Assembly: GCA_041691155.1 (NCBI GenBank)
Contig: JBEPVD010000002.1
Coordinates: forward strand, 66,109 to 130,108
From: Candidatus Dormiibacterota bacterium
GTDB lineage: Bacteria; Chloroflexota; Dormibacteria; Aeolococcales; Aeolococcaceae
DNA length: 64,000 nucleotides
Direction: 5' to 3'
Position numbers and translations under genes: made by a program. The notes below the pieces were generated by a model. It ran no database searches. It had not been told where the DNA came from and saw only the letters and a list, made by a program, of their open reading frames with translations. Shown piece after piece: positions 55,330-64,000 of the stretch (the first letter of the stretch is position 1; the number at the start of each line of letters is the position of its first letter).

Positions 55330-55426
55330 ATTCGGCTGTCGCCGATCCCACGCCCCACCCGGCACAGCCGGCGTTTCACGGTGCGAGAGCCGACCGAGGG
55401 CCTCCCCGTCGGCACATACTCCTGCG

Positions 55427-57760
55427 GTGGAGGACTACGCGGAGGCGAAGCTGAAAGCCGCACTGCCGCGCGGCGATCCGTCCGAGTCCATCAACTACCC
55501 GGAATCCTGGGCATATCGGTTCAAGAATCGGGTGCTCGGTCCGCCGATCGTTTCTGAACAGCTCACGCAGGAGCGTTTATCCAAGCCGGTGGCCATAGGC
55601 GTGCTGGCCCCGGACATGATCTCCTCGTCGGCTTACGGCACCGAGGAGATGCTGCGCATCATGGTGCCGATCATCGGCGCCGCGGCGTTCAGCATGGTCA
55701 TCCCGATCACGCTGGCGATTCTCGCCGTGATGTTTTTTGTGATGTGCTCGTACCTGCAGGTCATCGGCGTGTACACGCGGGTCGGCGGGTCGTACGTCGT
55801 GGCACGCGACAACTTCGGGCCGAAGGTCGCGCAGGTGGCAGCGGTTGCGCTGCTCATCGACTACACGGTGACCGTTGCCGTCCAGACCTCCGCGGGCACC
55901 GCCGCACTCAGCTCGGCGTATCCGAACCTGGCGCGGTACACGGTTCCCATCACCGTCGGGGTTGTCCTACTGATGTTGTTCGCCAACCTGCGGGGAATAC
56001 GAGAGGCCGGCACGCTCTTCGCGATCCCGACCTATTTCTACATCGCGGCGCTCTCGCTCGTGATCGTCGTCGGCATCGGCAAAGCGCTGACCGGCGGACT
56101 CGCGGCGCACGCGCTGCCTAGTGCGACATCCCTCGGCTACCCCGTCGGTCATCAAACGGGTTGGCTCATGGGACTGGGCATCTTCTACTGCCTGAAGGCA
56201 TTCGCCAACGGGGGCGTGTCGCTCACGGGACTTGAAGCCGTGTCTGACGGTATCTCCAGTTTCCGTGCGCCAGTGGCGCGCAACGGACGGATTGCGCTGG
56301 TCACCATGTGCGCCGTCCTCGGCTTCCTCGTCCTGGGGACGTCAGTCCTGGCCCACCTGACCCACGCCGTCCCCTACGCGATAGGGACCCCGACGGTGGT
56401 ATCGCAGGAGGTGCACGCTGTGCTGGGCACGGCGTGGGTGGGCAATGTGCTCTTTTACGTCGTGCAGGCGGCCACCGTGCTCATCCTGTACACCGGCGGG
56501 AACACGAGCTTCAACGGCTTTCCGTACCTCGCGAGCTTTGTCGCCGGCGACTCGTTCCTCCCACGCCAACTCACCCGACGAGGGCACCGCCTGGCGTTCT
56601 CCAACGGGATCTTCGTCCTCGCGCTCGTAGCGGTGATCCTCATCATCGTCTTCAAGGCACAACTCGACGCACTGGTCGGTCTGTATGCGGTCGGTGTCTT
56701 CACCGGGTTCACGTTCGCGGGGCTGGGCATGGTGAAACACAACTGGCGCGAACGCGGAAAGCAATGGCGGCTCGGCGTGGTCGTGAACGGTTTCTCAGGG
56801 GTGTTGTCGCTTGGCGTCGTCGGGATCCTGCTCGTCACCAAATTCACCGAGGGCGCCTGGATCGTTGCCGTGATCGGCCCGCCCATGTACTTCGGGTTGC
56901 TTCGCCTCCACCGTCAGTACATGGAAGAGGAAGAGCAACTCGAAACCGGGGCGGCCGAGGCAACCGAGGCCGACGTGTTGCCGCGTCATGTCGTGGTGGT
57001 GTTCGTTGATCAGCTCGACATGGCCGCCGCAAGCGCAGTGCAGTACGCGCGGATTCTGCGCCCCGACGAATTACGCGTCGTGCACTTCAACATCGACGGC
57101 AAGACCACTGAGGTGCTGGAGCAGGCGTGGGGCAGGCTGGCTCTGGCACGCCTGCCACTCGATATCGTGGAATGTCTCGACCGCCGTGTCGAGCGAGCCG
57201 CCCGGGAATACGTTGCCAACGTCGCGGCCGACGGGAGCACGGAATGCACCGTCCTCTTGCCGCAGGCTGCCTCCCACCTGCGCCTGCGACGCATCCTCCG
57301 CGATCGCACTGCCGAGCGCATCGCGGATGCCGTCGGAACGGTCGCGCATGTCGCTGCAGCGACCTTCCCCTACTACTTTGAGGAGACCCCCAGGCGGCGA
57401 TTCCAGCACACCCCCACGCGTCCTGACGCGCTGCGGAAGAAGTCCCAGCCTGCGGTCGGCGTCGATCGCGAGCTCGCCGAGCGCGCCGCCGGGACGGTGC
57501 CGATTCACGACGTCGCCTGGCGGACGCGGGTCCGGGTCGCCGGAAGAATCCGATCGCTGCGCGTCCAGACCGCGAAAGGGGCCGCCATCCTGGAATGTGA
57601 GATCACCGATGACACCGGGAAGCTGCTCCTGGTCTTCCAGGGTCGATCGAAGATCCCCGGGGTCGAGCCCGGCGCACGCTTGATCGTGGAGGGCATGGTC
57701 GGGACCTGGAATCGGCGGCTTGCCATCCTGAACCCGGAGTACGAACTGGTCACCGCATAG
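55427..57760 (+). CDS. APC-family permease fused to a cytoplasmic domain and a C-terminal OB-fold domain
   Basis: GTG 55427. ISSSAYGTEEMLRI plus about 12 TM segments. The C-terminal IHDVAWRTRVRVAGRIRSLRVQTAKGAAILECEITDDTGKLLLVFQGRSKIPGVEPGARLIVEGMVG...LAILNPEYELV resembles the stand-alone actinobacterial OB-fold protein. Confidence 0.82.
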   Translation: MEDYAEAKLKAALPRGDPSESINYPESWAYRFKNRVLGPPIVSEQLTQERLSKPVAIGVLAPDMISSSAYGTEEMLRIMVPIIGAAAFSMVIPITLAILAVMFFVMCSYLQVIGVYTRVGGSYVVARDNFGPKVAQVAAVALLIDYTVTVAVQTSAGTAALSSAYPNLARYTVPITVGVVLLMLFANLRGIREAGTLFAIPTYFYIAALSLVIVVGIGKALTGGLAAHALPSATSLGYPVGHQTGWLMGLGIFYCLKAFANGGVSLTGLEAVSDGISSFRAPVARNGRIALVTMCAVLGFLVLGTSVLAHLTHAVPYAIGTPTVVSQEVHAVLGTAWVGNVLFYVVQAATVLILYTGGNTSFNGFPYLASFVAGDSFLPRQLTRRGHRLAFSNGIFVLALVAVILIIVFKAQLDALVGLYAVGVFTGFTFAGLGMVKHNWRERGKQWRLGVVVNGFSGVLSLGVVGILLVTKFTEGAWIVAVIGPPMYFGLLRLHRQYMEEEEQLETGAAEATEADVLPRHVVVVFVDQLDMAAASAVQYARILRPDELRVVHFNIDGKTTEVLEQAWGRLALARLPLDIVECLDRRVERAAREYVANVAADGSTECTVLLPQAASHLRLRRILRDRTAERIADAVGTVAHVAAATFPYYFEETPRRRFQHTPTRPDALRKKSQPAVGVDRELAERAAGTVPIHDVAWRTRVRVAGRIRSLRVQTAKGAAILECEITDDTGKLLLVFQGRSKIPGVEPGARLIVEGMVGTWNRRLAILNPEYELVTA

Positions 57761-57829
57761 CCGCAATGCCCGGTGGCCGCCGGGACGCGTATCAGGAATC
57801 AAGAAGCGCGACTGCGCCGACGAGGTCTA

Positions 57830-58704
57830 CGGCGTGCACGTGATCCCGACGGCTTATCGCGGGCTCCTCAGCGATTCTCGCGCCCGGCGCCTGCTGTCGC
57901 CCGGCAGCGCGTAGGCAGCGACCGCAAGGCCGCGACCGCACCGAGCGCGACGATCATCGGGCCGGCGGTGGCCGGTGCTCCTCACCCGGATCATGCCAGG
58001 CTGGTTGCTCGCGTTCGACGCCGCGTCGTTCGCCTTCCTCGGCGTCCAGGCATGGCGTACGCGGAGCGAGTCCTCCCCGACCGACCAGCCTTCGACGCCC
58101 GTGCCGTCGAGTCCGGCTTCCGACTCCTCGGCCGCACCGGCCTGCTCAGCCTTCTCGCCTTGACCTGGTTGTTCTTCTTCCTGTATGGCCCCGTCGAAGA
58201 CGCCCTTCCTGTCTACGTGGCGCACGACCTGCAGGCCCACGCGAAGTGCTGGGCGCCTACTGGGCCGCGTTCGTTGCGGGGGCCTTCGCCTCCACGCTCC
58301 TCACGGGGATGCTCCGCAACAAGAACAACCGGCGCTTCACCCTGCCATCGTGGCCGGCCGGGGTCTGTGTTTGATCCCGTTCGCGTTCGCGCCGGTCGCG
58401 GTCACGTTTGTCTGCTTCGCCGCGGGAGAGGTGATCTACGGCCCATTCATCCCTCACCTAAGCACTCTTCCAGTCCGCCACCACGACCGCCAACCTGCCA
58501 AGCCTGCTCGCCGCCCGGAGTGCAGCCGTCGTCATCGCGGCCCCATTGGGCACGGCGATCGGCGGGCCGCTCGTCGCCGGTCTCGGAGCCGGGCGGACGC
58601 TTTCGGCCTCAGGCGCGGCGACCATCGTCCTCGCGATCGCCGCGGCTGTCATCCGGCAGCGAAGGTATAGTCAACGGTCGCAAAGCGACACCTGCCTCGG
58701 ATAA
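57830..58704 (+). pseudogene. eroded MFS transporter (multiple frameshifts and an internal deletion)
   Basis: MFS-like segments are spread over all three frames in the order IIGPAVAG / LLTRIMPGWLLAFDAASFAFLGVQAW / GFRLLGRTGLLSLLALTWLFFFLYGPVEDALPVYVAHDL / LGAYWAAFVAGAFASTLLTGML / IVAGRGLCLIPFAFAPVAVTFVCFAAGEVIYGPFIP / ANLPSLLAARSAAVVIAAPLGTAIGGPLVAGLG. Confidence 0.65.
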
Positions 58705-58761
58705 GGATTTGAGCACCCGAGCGCGGGATGCCGAGGCTCGGCTTTAGCATCTCGCTGCGCT

Positions 58762-59661
58762 GTGCATCCGCCATCGACCCGTCGCCGCGAACTGGCCGGC
58801 ACCGCGATGGTCCTCGTTTCGGCAACGAGTTTCGGGACGCTTCCGATCTTCGCCAAACTCGGCTACTCATCCGGGCTGGGCACCGAGCAGACCCTCGCCT
58901 ACCGTTTCACCCTGGCCGCGGTCGGCATGCTCGCCTTGGCGTTCATCGTGCGCCAGAACCCGCTTCGACTGCAGCGACGTCATCTGCTCGCACTCCTGGC
59001 GTTGGGAGCGCTCGTGTACACGGCGCAGTCCCAGACCTACTTCCTGGCGCTCCACGCGTTACCCGCGTCCTTGGTGGTGCTCATCGTCTACAGCTATCCG
59101 AGCCTGGTCGTCCTTGCGGGATGGCTGTTCCTGGGCCGCCGGATATCGCTGCGGCACGCCGCGGCGCTCGTGGGCAGCTTCGCAGGCGTCGCGATGCTCA
59201 TCGGAGGGGCTCACTTCCAGGCCTCGTGGCCGCTGGCGCTCGCGATCGTGACCCCGGTCATCTACACGCTGTTCATCCTGCTCGGCGAGCGTGTGATGGG
59301 CGACGTGCCCGCCGTCGCCGGGAGCGCGGTGATCATGACCGGTGCGGCTTTTTCGTTCTGTCTGATCACACTATTCTCCGGCGAGCTCACGCTCGCCCGA
59401 AGCAGTGATCAATGGCTGGTCGCGATCGGGATAGCGATCGTCCCGACCATGCTCGCGATCTCCTTGTTTCTCGCTAGCCTGCCACGCGTCGGCGCAGCGC
59501 GCGCCTCGCTCCTGAGCACGTGGGAACCGGTCGTCGCGGTCGGCCTCGCCGTGGTGTTCCTCGGTGATCGACTCGCGTTCATCCAAGTCGTGGGTGGCGC
59601 GCTCGTGTTGGTCGCTGTGATCGCGGCCCAGACGTCGAGACCCGTCGAGCCGCCGGCCTAG
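58762..59661 (+). CDS. DMT superfamily (EamA) transporter
   Basis: GTG start. Ten hydrophobic segments. GTAMVLVSATSFGTLPIFAKLGY is a typical EamA N-terminus. Confidence 0.83.
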   Translation: MHPPSTRRRELAGTAMVLVSATSFGTLPIFAKLGYSSGLGTEQTLAYRFTLAAVGMLALAFIVRQNPLRLQRRHLLALLALGALVYTAQSQTYFLALHALPASLVVLIVYSYPSLVVLAGWLFLGRRISLRHAAALVGSFAGVAMLIGGAHFQASWPLALAIVTPVIYTLFILLGERVMGDVPAVAGSAVIMTGAAFSFCLITLFSGELTLARSSDQWLVAIGIAIVPTMLAISLFLASLPRVGAARASLLSTWEPVVAVGLAVVFLGDRLAFIQVVGGALVLVAVIAAQTSRPVEPPA

Positions 59662-59663
59662 GA

Positions 59664-59690
59664 GTGGGGAGGGTCAGCGACCGCCCCCAC
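59664..59690. terminator. imperfect hairpin between convergent genes
   Basis: gtgggg-a-g-ggtc-agc-gacc-g-c-ccccac: a 6-bp stem plus a 4-bp stem. Confidence 0.3.
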
Positions 59691-59732
59691 CACCAGACCA
59701 ATCGGGAGCATCATCAATCCCGGCATCGACGC

Positions 59733-61142
59733 TCAGAGGCCGAAGGCGTACAGCTTCCCGTCGCTACTCGCCATGAACAGTTGTCCGGTCGAGATTCCGA
59801 CTGAGCCGAAAATCGGTCCGCCGGTGACGCCCGTGAACAGGTTGGCGCCGGTCGCGAGGCTGAACACGTCGAGGTTGCCCGCGTAATCACCGACCGCAAT
59901 GATCTGTCTTCCCGCGGGTCCGGTGACGGACACCGAGGAGATGACCGGTGCGGCGACGGGGCTCGTCCAGTTGAGCGCGCCGGTGGTGGCGTTGAGCGAG
60001 AAGACACCGGCACCGTACCCGATGTATACGGCGTTACCGACCAGCGCCGCACCCGATTGCGCTGGGTTGCCGTGCTTGATGGTCTTCTTGATATTGAAGA
60101 CCCAGATCTGTGCGCCAGTCGCGAGGTCGAGTGCGTAGGTTTGAGCGTCCTTGCCGGTGTCGTACACGACCCCGTCGGTGTAGGTGGCCGAGCCCACCGC
60201 GCCGATCGTCCCCGGCACCGCGATGGTTGGAGGCGCTCCCACGTCCGAGTCGATTCCGACCAGCGTCTGGAACCGCCAGAGGGTCGCGCCGGTGTTGGCG
60301 TTGAACTCGTACACGGCATCGTCAGGATCGGTGGTCCCGACCACGACGACCGGGGTGTGATTCGCGAGTGTGCCGTAGGCCGGGGTCGAGTACACGCCGG
60401 ATATGCCTGTCTGGCTCCCGGGCGGGCTGCCGAAATTGTCGATCGACCATTTCCAGCTGCAGGGTGTACCGGCCGTGTTGCCCACGCCGTACATCGCCCA
60501 CAGATGGCCCCCATCGCTGGTGTTACCGCTCGGACCTCCGTCACCGAAGTACAGGACGTGGCCAGTTGTCGTCGGATTGCCGATCACGGGGGACGACGCA
60601 CTGATGCCGCCCATTGATGGCGACCTGCAGATCAGCGCGCCGGTGGTGGCGTTGAGCGCGTACTCGCGATAGTCGCCGTCCCCGAAGTAGACGGTGTTGC
60701 CGTCGACTGCCGGGGACGCCTCAATCTCCTTGGACAGACCCATGGTCTTGGGCGTCTGGTAGTGCCAGATCAGCGCGCCGGTCGCGGCGTTGTACGCGTT
60801 GAACTCACCGAGCATGTTGCCGACGTAGACGACCGACTCGCCGAGCGTCGAGTTGTAAGCGATCGCGGGGGAGCTGTAGCTTTTGTCACCTGTGCCGACG
60901 CTCCAGTGCAACTTGAACGCGGTGCTGGTGGACAGCACGGTCTCCTTGGAGACGCCGGTGTGCAAGGCATTGTCACGATGCTCGATCCAGTCAAAGGTCC
61001 CCGCCGGTCTGGCGGAGAAGGCACGCCCCGAGTGCGCGGCCACCGGAGTGGACAATCCGACCGCCGTCGCCCCGGTAGCCAGACACGCGAGTGTGGCGAC
61101 GCCCAAGCGACCGTTGCGAAGCGCGGAAGATCTGTGCGCCAT
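59733..61142 (-). CDS. secreted PQQ-like beta-propeller repeat protein
   Basis: GAGGAGG RBS. Signal RLGVATLACLATGATAVGLSTPVAA. Repeated A-x-T-G-A-x-x-W motifs (NAATGALIWHY, NATTGALICRS, ANTGATLWRF, LATGAQIWVF, NATTGALNWTS). Confidence 0.85.
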   Translation of the reverse strand: MAHRSSALRNGRLGVATLACLATGATAVGLSTPVAAHSGRAFSARPAGTFDWIEHRDNALHTGVSKETVLSTSTAFKLHWSVGTGDKSYSSPAIAYNSTLGESVVYVGNMLGEFNAYNAATGALIWHYQTPKTMGLSKEIEASPAVDGNTVYFGDGDYREYALNATTGALICRSPSMGGISASSPVIGNPTTTGHVLYFGDGGPSGNTSDGGHLWAMYGVGNTAGTPCSWKWSIDNFGSPPGSQTGISGVYSTPAYGTLANHTPVVVVGTTDPDDAVYEFNANTGATLWRFQTLVGIDSDVGAPPTIAVPGTIGAVGSATYTDGVVYDTGKDAQTYALDLATGAQIWVFNIKKTIKHGNPAQSGAALVGNAVYIGYGAGVFSLNATTGALNWTSPVAAPVISSVSVTGPAGRQIIAVGDYAGNLDVFSLATGANLFTGVTGGPIFGSVGISTGQLFMASSDGKLYAFGL

Positions 61143-61315
61143 TACTCGCCTCCTCTAAACCCCTGATTACCCTCTGACAACCCTTCGACAGACAGGATTG
61201 CACAGATTGCACCGTTGACGCAATCCGATCACGCTGCCGACCCCTCGCCTCGCCACTCGTTGGCCACCACTCCCCGCGCATCCTCGATGCATGCGCGGGG
61301 AGTCTTCCAGCAATG

Positions 61316-62407
61316 TCAGGCGGTTGCGCCCGCGAGTACCGCCACTCTGCCGTTCGGGGAGGTCTTGCCGGCCGTGAGCACGACCTTGAGGGCACCCGTC
61401 TCCGACGCGCGGCCGAAAGTGTCATAGCCCGCGATCATGTCGTCCAGCGCAAACCGCTGGGTCACGAAGGCCCCCGTGTTCAGTTGACGGCCCTCCAGCA
61501 GGCGGATCAACGTCGGCGTGCTGTACGTGTCGACCAGGCCGGTGGTGATGGTCACGTCGCGTGTCCATAGCTTTTCGAGATGGAGTGTTGCCGGCTTGCC
61601 GTGGACACCCACGTTGGCAACGCGTCCTCCAGGCCGCACCAGGTCGGCCGCGAGCTCGAAGGTCGCAGGGATGCCGACCGCCTCGATCGCGACGTCAGCA
61701 CCGAGCCCACCGGTCAGGTTCTGTACGACTTTCAGGGGATCGTCGCGGCCGCTGTTCACGACGACGTCGGCGCCGAAGCGCTTGGCCGCCTCGAGCCGAC
61801 TATCGGCAAGGTCGATGGCGACGATGTGCGAAGGGCTGAAGAGCCGCGCGGTCATGATCGCGGACAGTCCGATCGGCCCGGAGCCGACGACCGCAACCAC
61901 GTCTCCGGGTGTGATGCGCCCGTTGAGCACGCCAACCTCGTAGCTGGTCGGCAGGATGTCCGCGAGCATCAAGAGGTCTTCATCGCTGACGCCTGCAGGA
62001 ACTGGGTAGGTCGACGTGTCGGCGAACGGCACGCGAACGAACTCAGCCTGTGTTCCGTCGATCATGTAGCCGAGGATCCATCCCCCGCCGCCGAGGCACT
62101 GCCCGTAGCGCGCTTCGCGGCAGAACCGGCAGGTGCCGCATGCACTGACGCACGACACCAGTACGCGGTCGCCCGGTTTGACATTCTTCACGCCGGCACC
62201 AACCGATTCGACAGTTCCGACAGCCTCGTGACCGAGGATCCGCCCGTCAGTCGTCAGCGGGAGATCGCCCTTCATGATGTGGAGATCTGTGCCGCAGATC
62301 GTGGTGACGTCGACGCGGACGATCGCATCCGTCGGCGCGAGGATGCCGGGCTTGGGTGCATCCTCCCACGCCATCCGTCCTGGTCCGTGATACACAAGCG
62401 CCTTCAT
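61316..62407 (-). CDS. zinc-dependent alcohol dehydrogenase (MDR family)
   Basis: GHEAVGTVESVG. Structural-zinc Cys motif CVSACGTCRFCREARYGQC. GSGPIGL. GGAGGA RBS. Confidence 0.92.
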   Translation of the reverse strand: MKALVYHGPGRMAWEDAPKPGILAPTDAIVRVDVTTICGTDLHIMKGDLPLTTDGRILGHEAVGTVESVGAGVKNVKPGDRVLVSCVSACGTCRFCREARYGQCLGGGGWILGYMIDGTQAEFVRVPFADTSTYPVPAGVSDEDLLMLADILPTSYEVGVLNGRITPGDVVAVVGSGPIGLSAIMTARLFSPSHIVAIDLADSRLEAAKRFGADVVVNSGRDDPLKVVQNLTGGLGADVAIEAVGIPATFELAADLVRPGGRVANVGVHGKPATLHLEKLWTRDVTITTGLVDTYSTPTLIRLLEGRQLNTGAFVTQRFALDDMIAGYDTFGRASETGALKVVLTAGKTSPNGRVAVLAGATA

Positions 62408-62578
62408 GCTGCGTCCTCCATGTGGATTTGCGATTCAGCGTGGCTCGGCGCGAAGGGAACTTCCAGTGTCGATGGTCACCAGACTTCGGACGCAGGTCAC
62501 AAGTCCGATGTCGCGTGAGCGTTCGCGAGGAGAGATCTCGCTCGCGACGACCACAACCGGGGTTGCCGGAGGCTCGAG

Positions 62579-63643
62579 TTATCGATCACCCGTTGGCGCC
62601 GAGACGAGTTGATCCCGCACGCCAGCGGTCGCTGCGTCCTCGGGGACCGCCGGCGCCTCTGTTAGCGGTATGGCGCTCTCGCCTGCTCGTTTTCGAGCGG
62701 CCTTGGTGGCATCGGACAGCCCCGCCCAGACCGCAATCAACACGCCGGCGATGAGGAGGACTCCCGCGATGTTGTGCGCATCTCCTTGATGGTCGACATA
62801 CAGCGCAACGCCGAGGAGTGCGGCGACGGCCACGAGGGCTACCGCGCCGTCATCGACGAACAGCCCCCAGATTTGTTGTGCTACCACCTTCGCAACGTGC
62901 CGTGGTCCGCGCGCGCCGAACGCTCCACGAACCGGACGTCTCAGGGCCCACAGGAACGCTACGGAGGCAAGTCCGTAGGCGGCGACCAGTACCAAGAGAC
63001 TGAGGTCATTCCCCCACCAATGGACGCCGATGCCCTCGCCCGTAAAGAAGGTGCCAAAGGCGGTCAGCATGATGCCCACCACGTACTTCATCGCGTTCTC
63101 GGGAACGCGGGTGAGCGGATGCCGGAACGCCACTCCCGCTCCGGCGACAATCACGAGCGCAGCGACGGCGCCAATGATCGCCGAGGGAATGTCCTGCAGG
63201 CCACCAAGCGCGACGACGATGAACACAACCTCAAGGCCTTCGAGAAATACGCCACCGAGCGCCGTCGTAACACCGACACGATCGAAGCGTGCCGGCGGAC
63301 TCCCCGTGGCCTCCAGCATCTCCTTGGTCTCTTCGAAGATCTTCGCCTCATCGTGCATGGATTTCAGCCCGCTCGAACGGAGGATCGCTTTGTGGAGCCA
63401 TTTCAGACCGAACAACAGGAGGAAAACCCCGACCACCGTCCGGGCGGCGTCGATTGACACTCTCGAGGTGATCGTGATGCCGAAAGCGGCCACGAGAAGC
63501 GCGAGCGCAACCAGTCCGAGAGCCATACCGAGGAACGCGCTCCTCCACCCTTTGAAGAGACCCACCGCGAGGACGATGGTGAGCGCCTCAACCCATTCGA
63601 CGCTGGCGGCGAGAGCCGTCGCGAGCAGCACGACGATGCTCAT
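62579..63643 (-). CDS. polytopic integral membrane protein (family uncertain, COG4280-like)
   Basis: 354 aa with eight or more hydrophobic segments. N-terminus MSIVVLLATALAASVEWVEALTIVLAVG. Confidence 0.78.
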   Translation of the reverse strand: MSIVVLLATALAASVEWVEALTIVLAVGLFKGWRSAFLGMALGLVALALLVAAFGITITSRVSIDAARTVVGVFLLLFGLKWLHKAILRSSGLKSMHDEAKIFEETKEMLEATGSPPARFDRVGVTTALGGVFLEGLEVVFIVVALGGLQDIPSAIIGAVAALVIVAGAGVAFRHPLTRVPENAMKYVVGIMLTAFGTFFTGEGIGVHWWGNDLSLLVLVAAYGLASVAFLWALRRPVRGAFGARGPRHVAKVVAQQIWGLFVDDGAVALVAVAALLGVALYVDHQGDAHNIAGVLLIAGVLIAVWAGLSDATKAARKRAGESAIPLTEAPAVPEDAATAGVRDQLVSAPTGDR

Positions 63644-63666
63644 CGAGCGTCCGAATTCTGTTCGCT

Positions 63667-63701
63667 ACGCATGTTCAACTGCAACGCATGTTACGCATGT
63701 T
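63667..63701. repeat. three direct copies of ACGCATGTT upstream of the membrane-protein gene (regulator-binding candidate)
   Basis: Copies at 63667-63675, 63684-63692 and 63693-63701, lying 24-58 bp upstream of the ATG at 63641-63643. Confidence 0.45.
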
Positions 63702-64000
63702 GGATCGGCCGAAAGCCCGTTGCGTGGCACGGCGCCCAGTCCCACCCAAGGGAGCGCAGGCACATGGACCGCTACTTCTGCCACGCGTCGGTCGGGTCGT
63801 ATTGGGCGCGATGCCCGTCACGTGTCGGCGTTGCTGGCGAGCGCCACCGGCTGATCGAGCGTTGGTGACCAATGACCCTAGTGCCGCCTCGGACTGCCGA
63901 CGACGATAGGTGTGAGATGCGCGACGTGACGGCATGACCACTTCCGAACCGCACCCAGAGTCCGGGGCCACGGCCGAAAGCGGCGCGTTTGGCGCGTGTC

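Noticed and set aside
55330-55426. A possible riboswitch or leader (for example c-di-AMP type) upstream of the APC permease fusion.
   Set aside because: The only structure I can actually see is the terminator hairpin of the upstream gene (55306-55329). I cannot recognise conserved riboswitch cores by eye. A covariance-model (Rfam) scan would be needed.
63934-64000. ATG-initiated ORF MTTSEPHPESGATAESGAFGAC... running off the 3' edge of the window.
   Set aside because: Only 22 codons are visible, with no RBS or motif. This cannot be judged.

Overview
This is a high-GC chromosomal segment (about two thirds G+C by eye, not computed). It looks actinobacterial: a mycothiol-type DinB/MDMPI enzyme, many GTG/TTG starts, 4-nt start/stop overlaps and very short leaders. 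I support about 60 protein genes, one tRNA-Leu(CAG), several decayed gene remnants, a few hairpin terminators and a few operator-like repeats. I saw no rRNA, CRISPR array, transposase, integrase or phage genes. Recognisable content, in order: an ABC-2 permease tail; three large secreted proteins (one BNR/Asp-box propeller, two of unknown family); an XRE regulator plus membrane protein; YihY/BrkB; a peptidase S51-like protein; a minus-strand string of YHS/TRASH, SAM methyltransferase and a rhodanese-nucleoside phosphorylase fusion; SHOCT and a Cys/Met/Trp-rich membrane protein; tRNA-Leu; a family-5 solute-binding protein; secG; a PLD-family protein; PadR; a hybrid histidine kinase; NAD-isocitrate dehydrogenase; mutY; a formyltransferase; a lone receiver plus a degenerate GGDEF-like protein; malQ and glgX (glycogen); DUF2252; a cation/proton antiporter; TetR, DinB and an ABC-2 exporter; TetR/LuxR regulators; a 14-repeat Cys-pair secreted protein; proline iminopeptidase; a tightly coupled flavoprotein / M20 amidohydrolase / HutF-like deiminase / SnoaL operon; ACC deaminase; DUF1345; an OmpR/HK pair; several beta-propeller proteins; an APC permease fused to an OB-fold; an EamA transporter; and a Zn-ADH. 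I found no clear multi-gene novel system such as a defence island. The most unusual signal is an in-frame TGA sitting exactly on a conserved metal-ligand cysteine of a YHS/TRASH motif (12629-12631, minus strand), inside a small putative metal-handling neighbourhood. It is either a selenocysteine candidate or a very recent nonsense mutation. The other notable items are the 14x Cys-pair repeat protein, two domain fusions, and an unusual number of eroded genes. All family calls rest on motifs I recognise by eye, because no search could be run.
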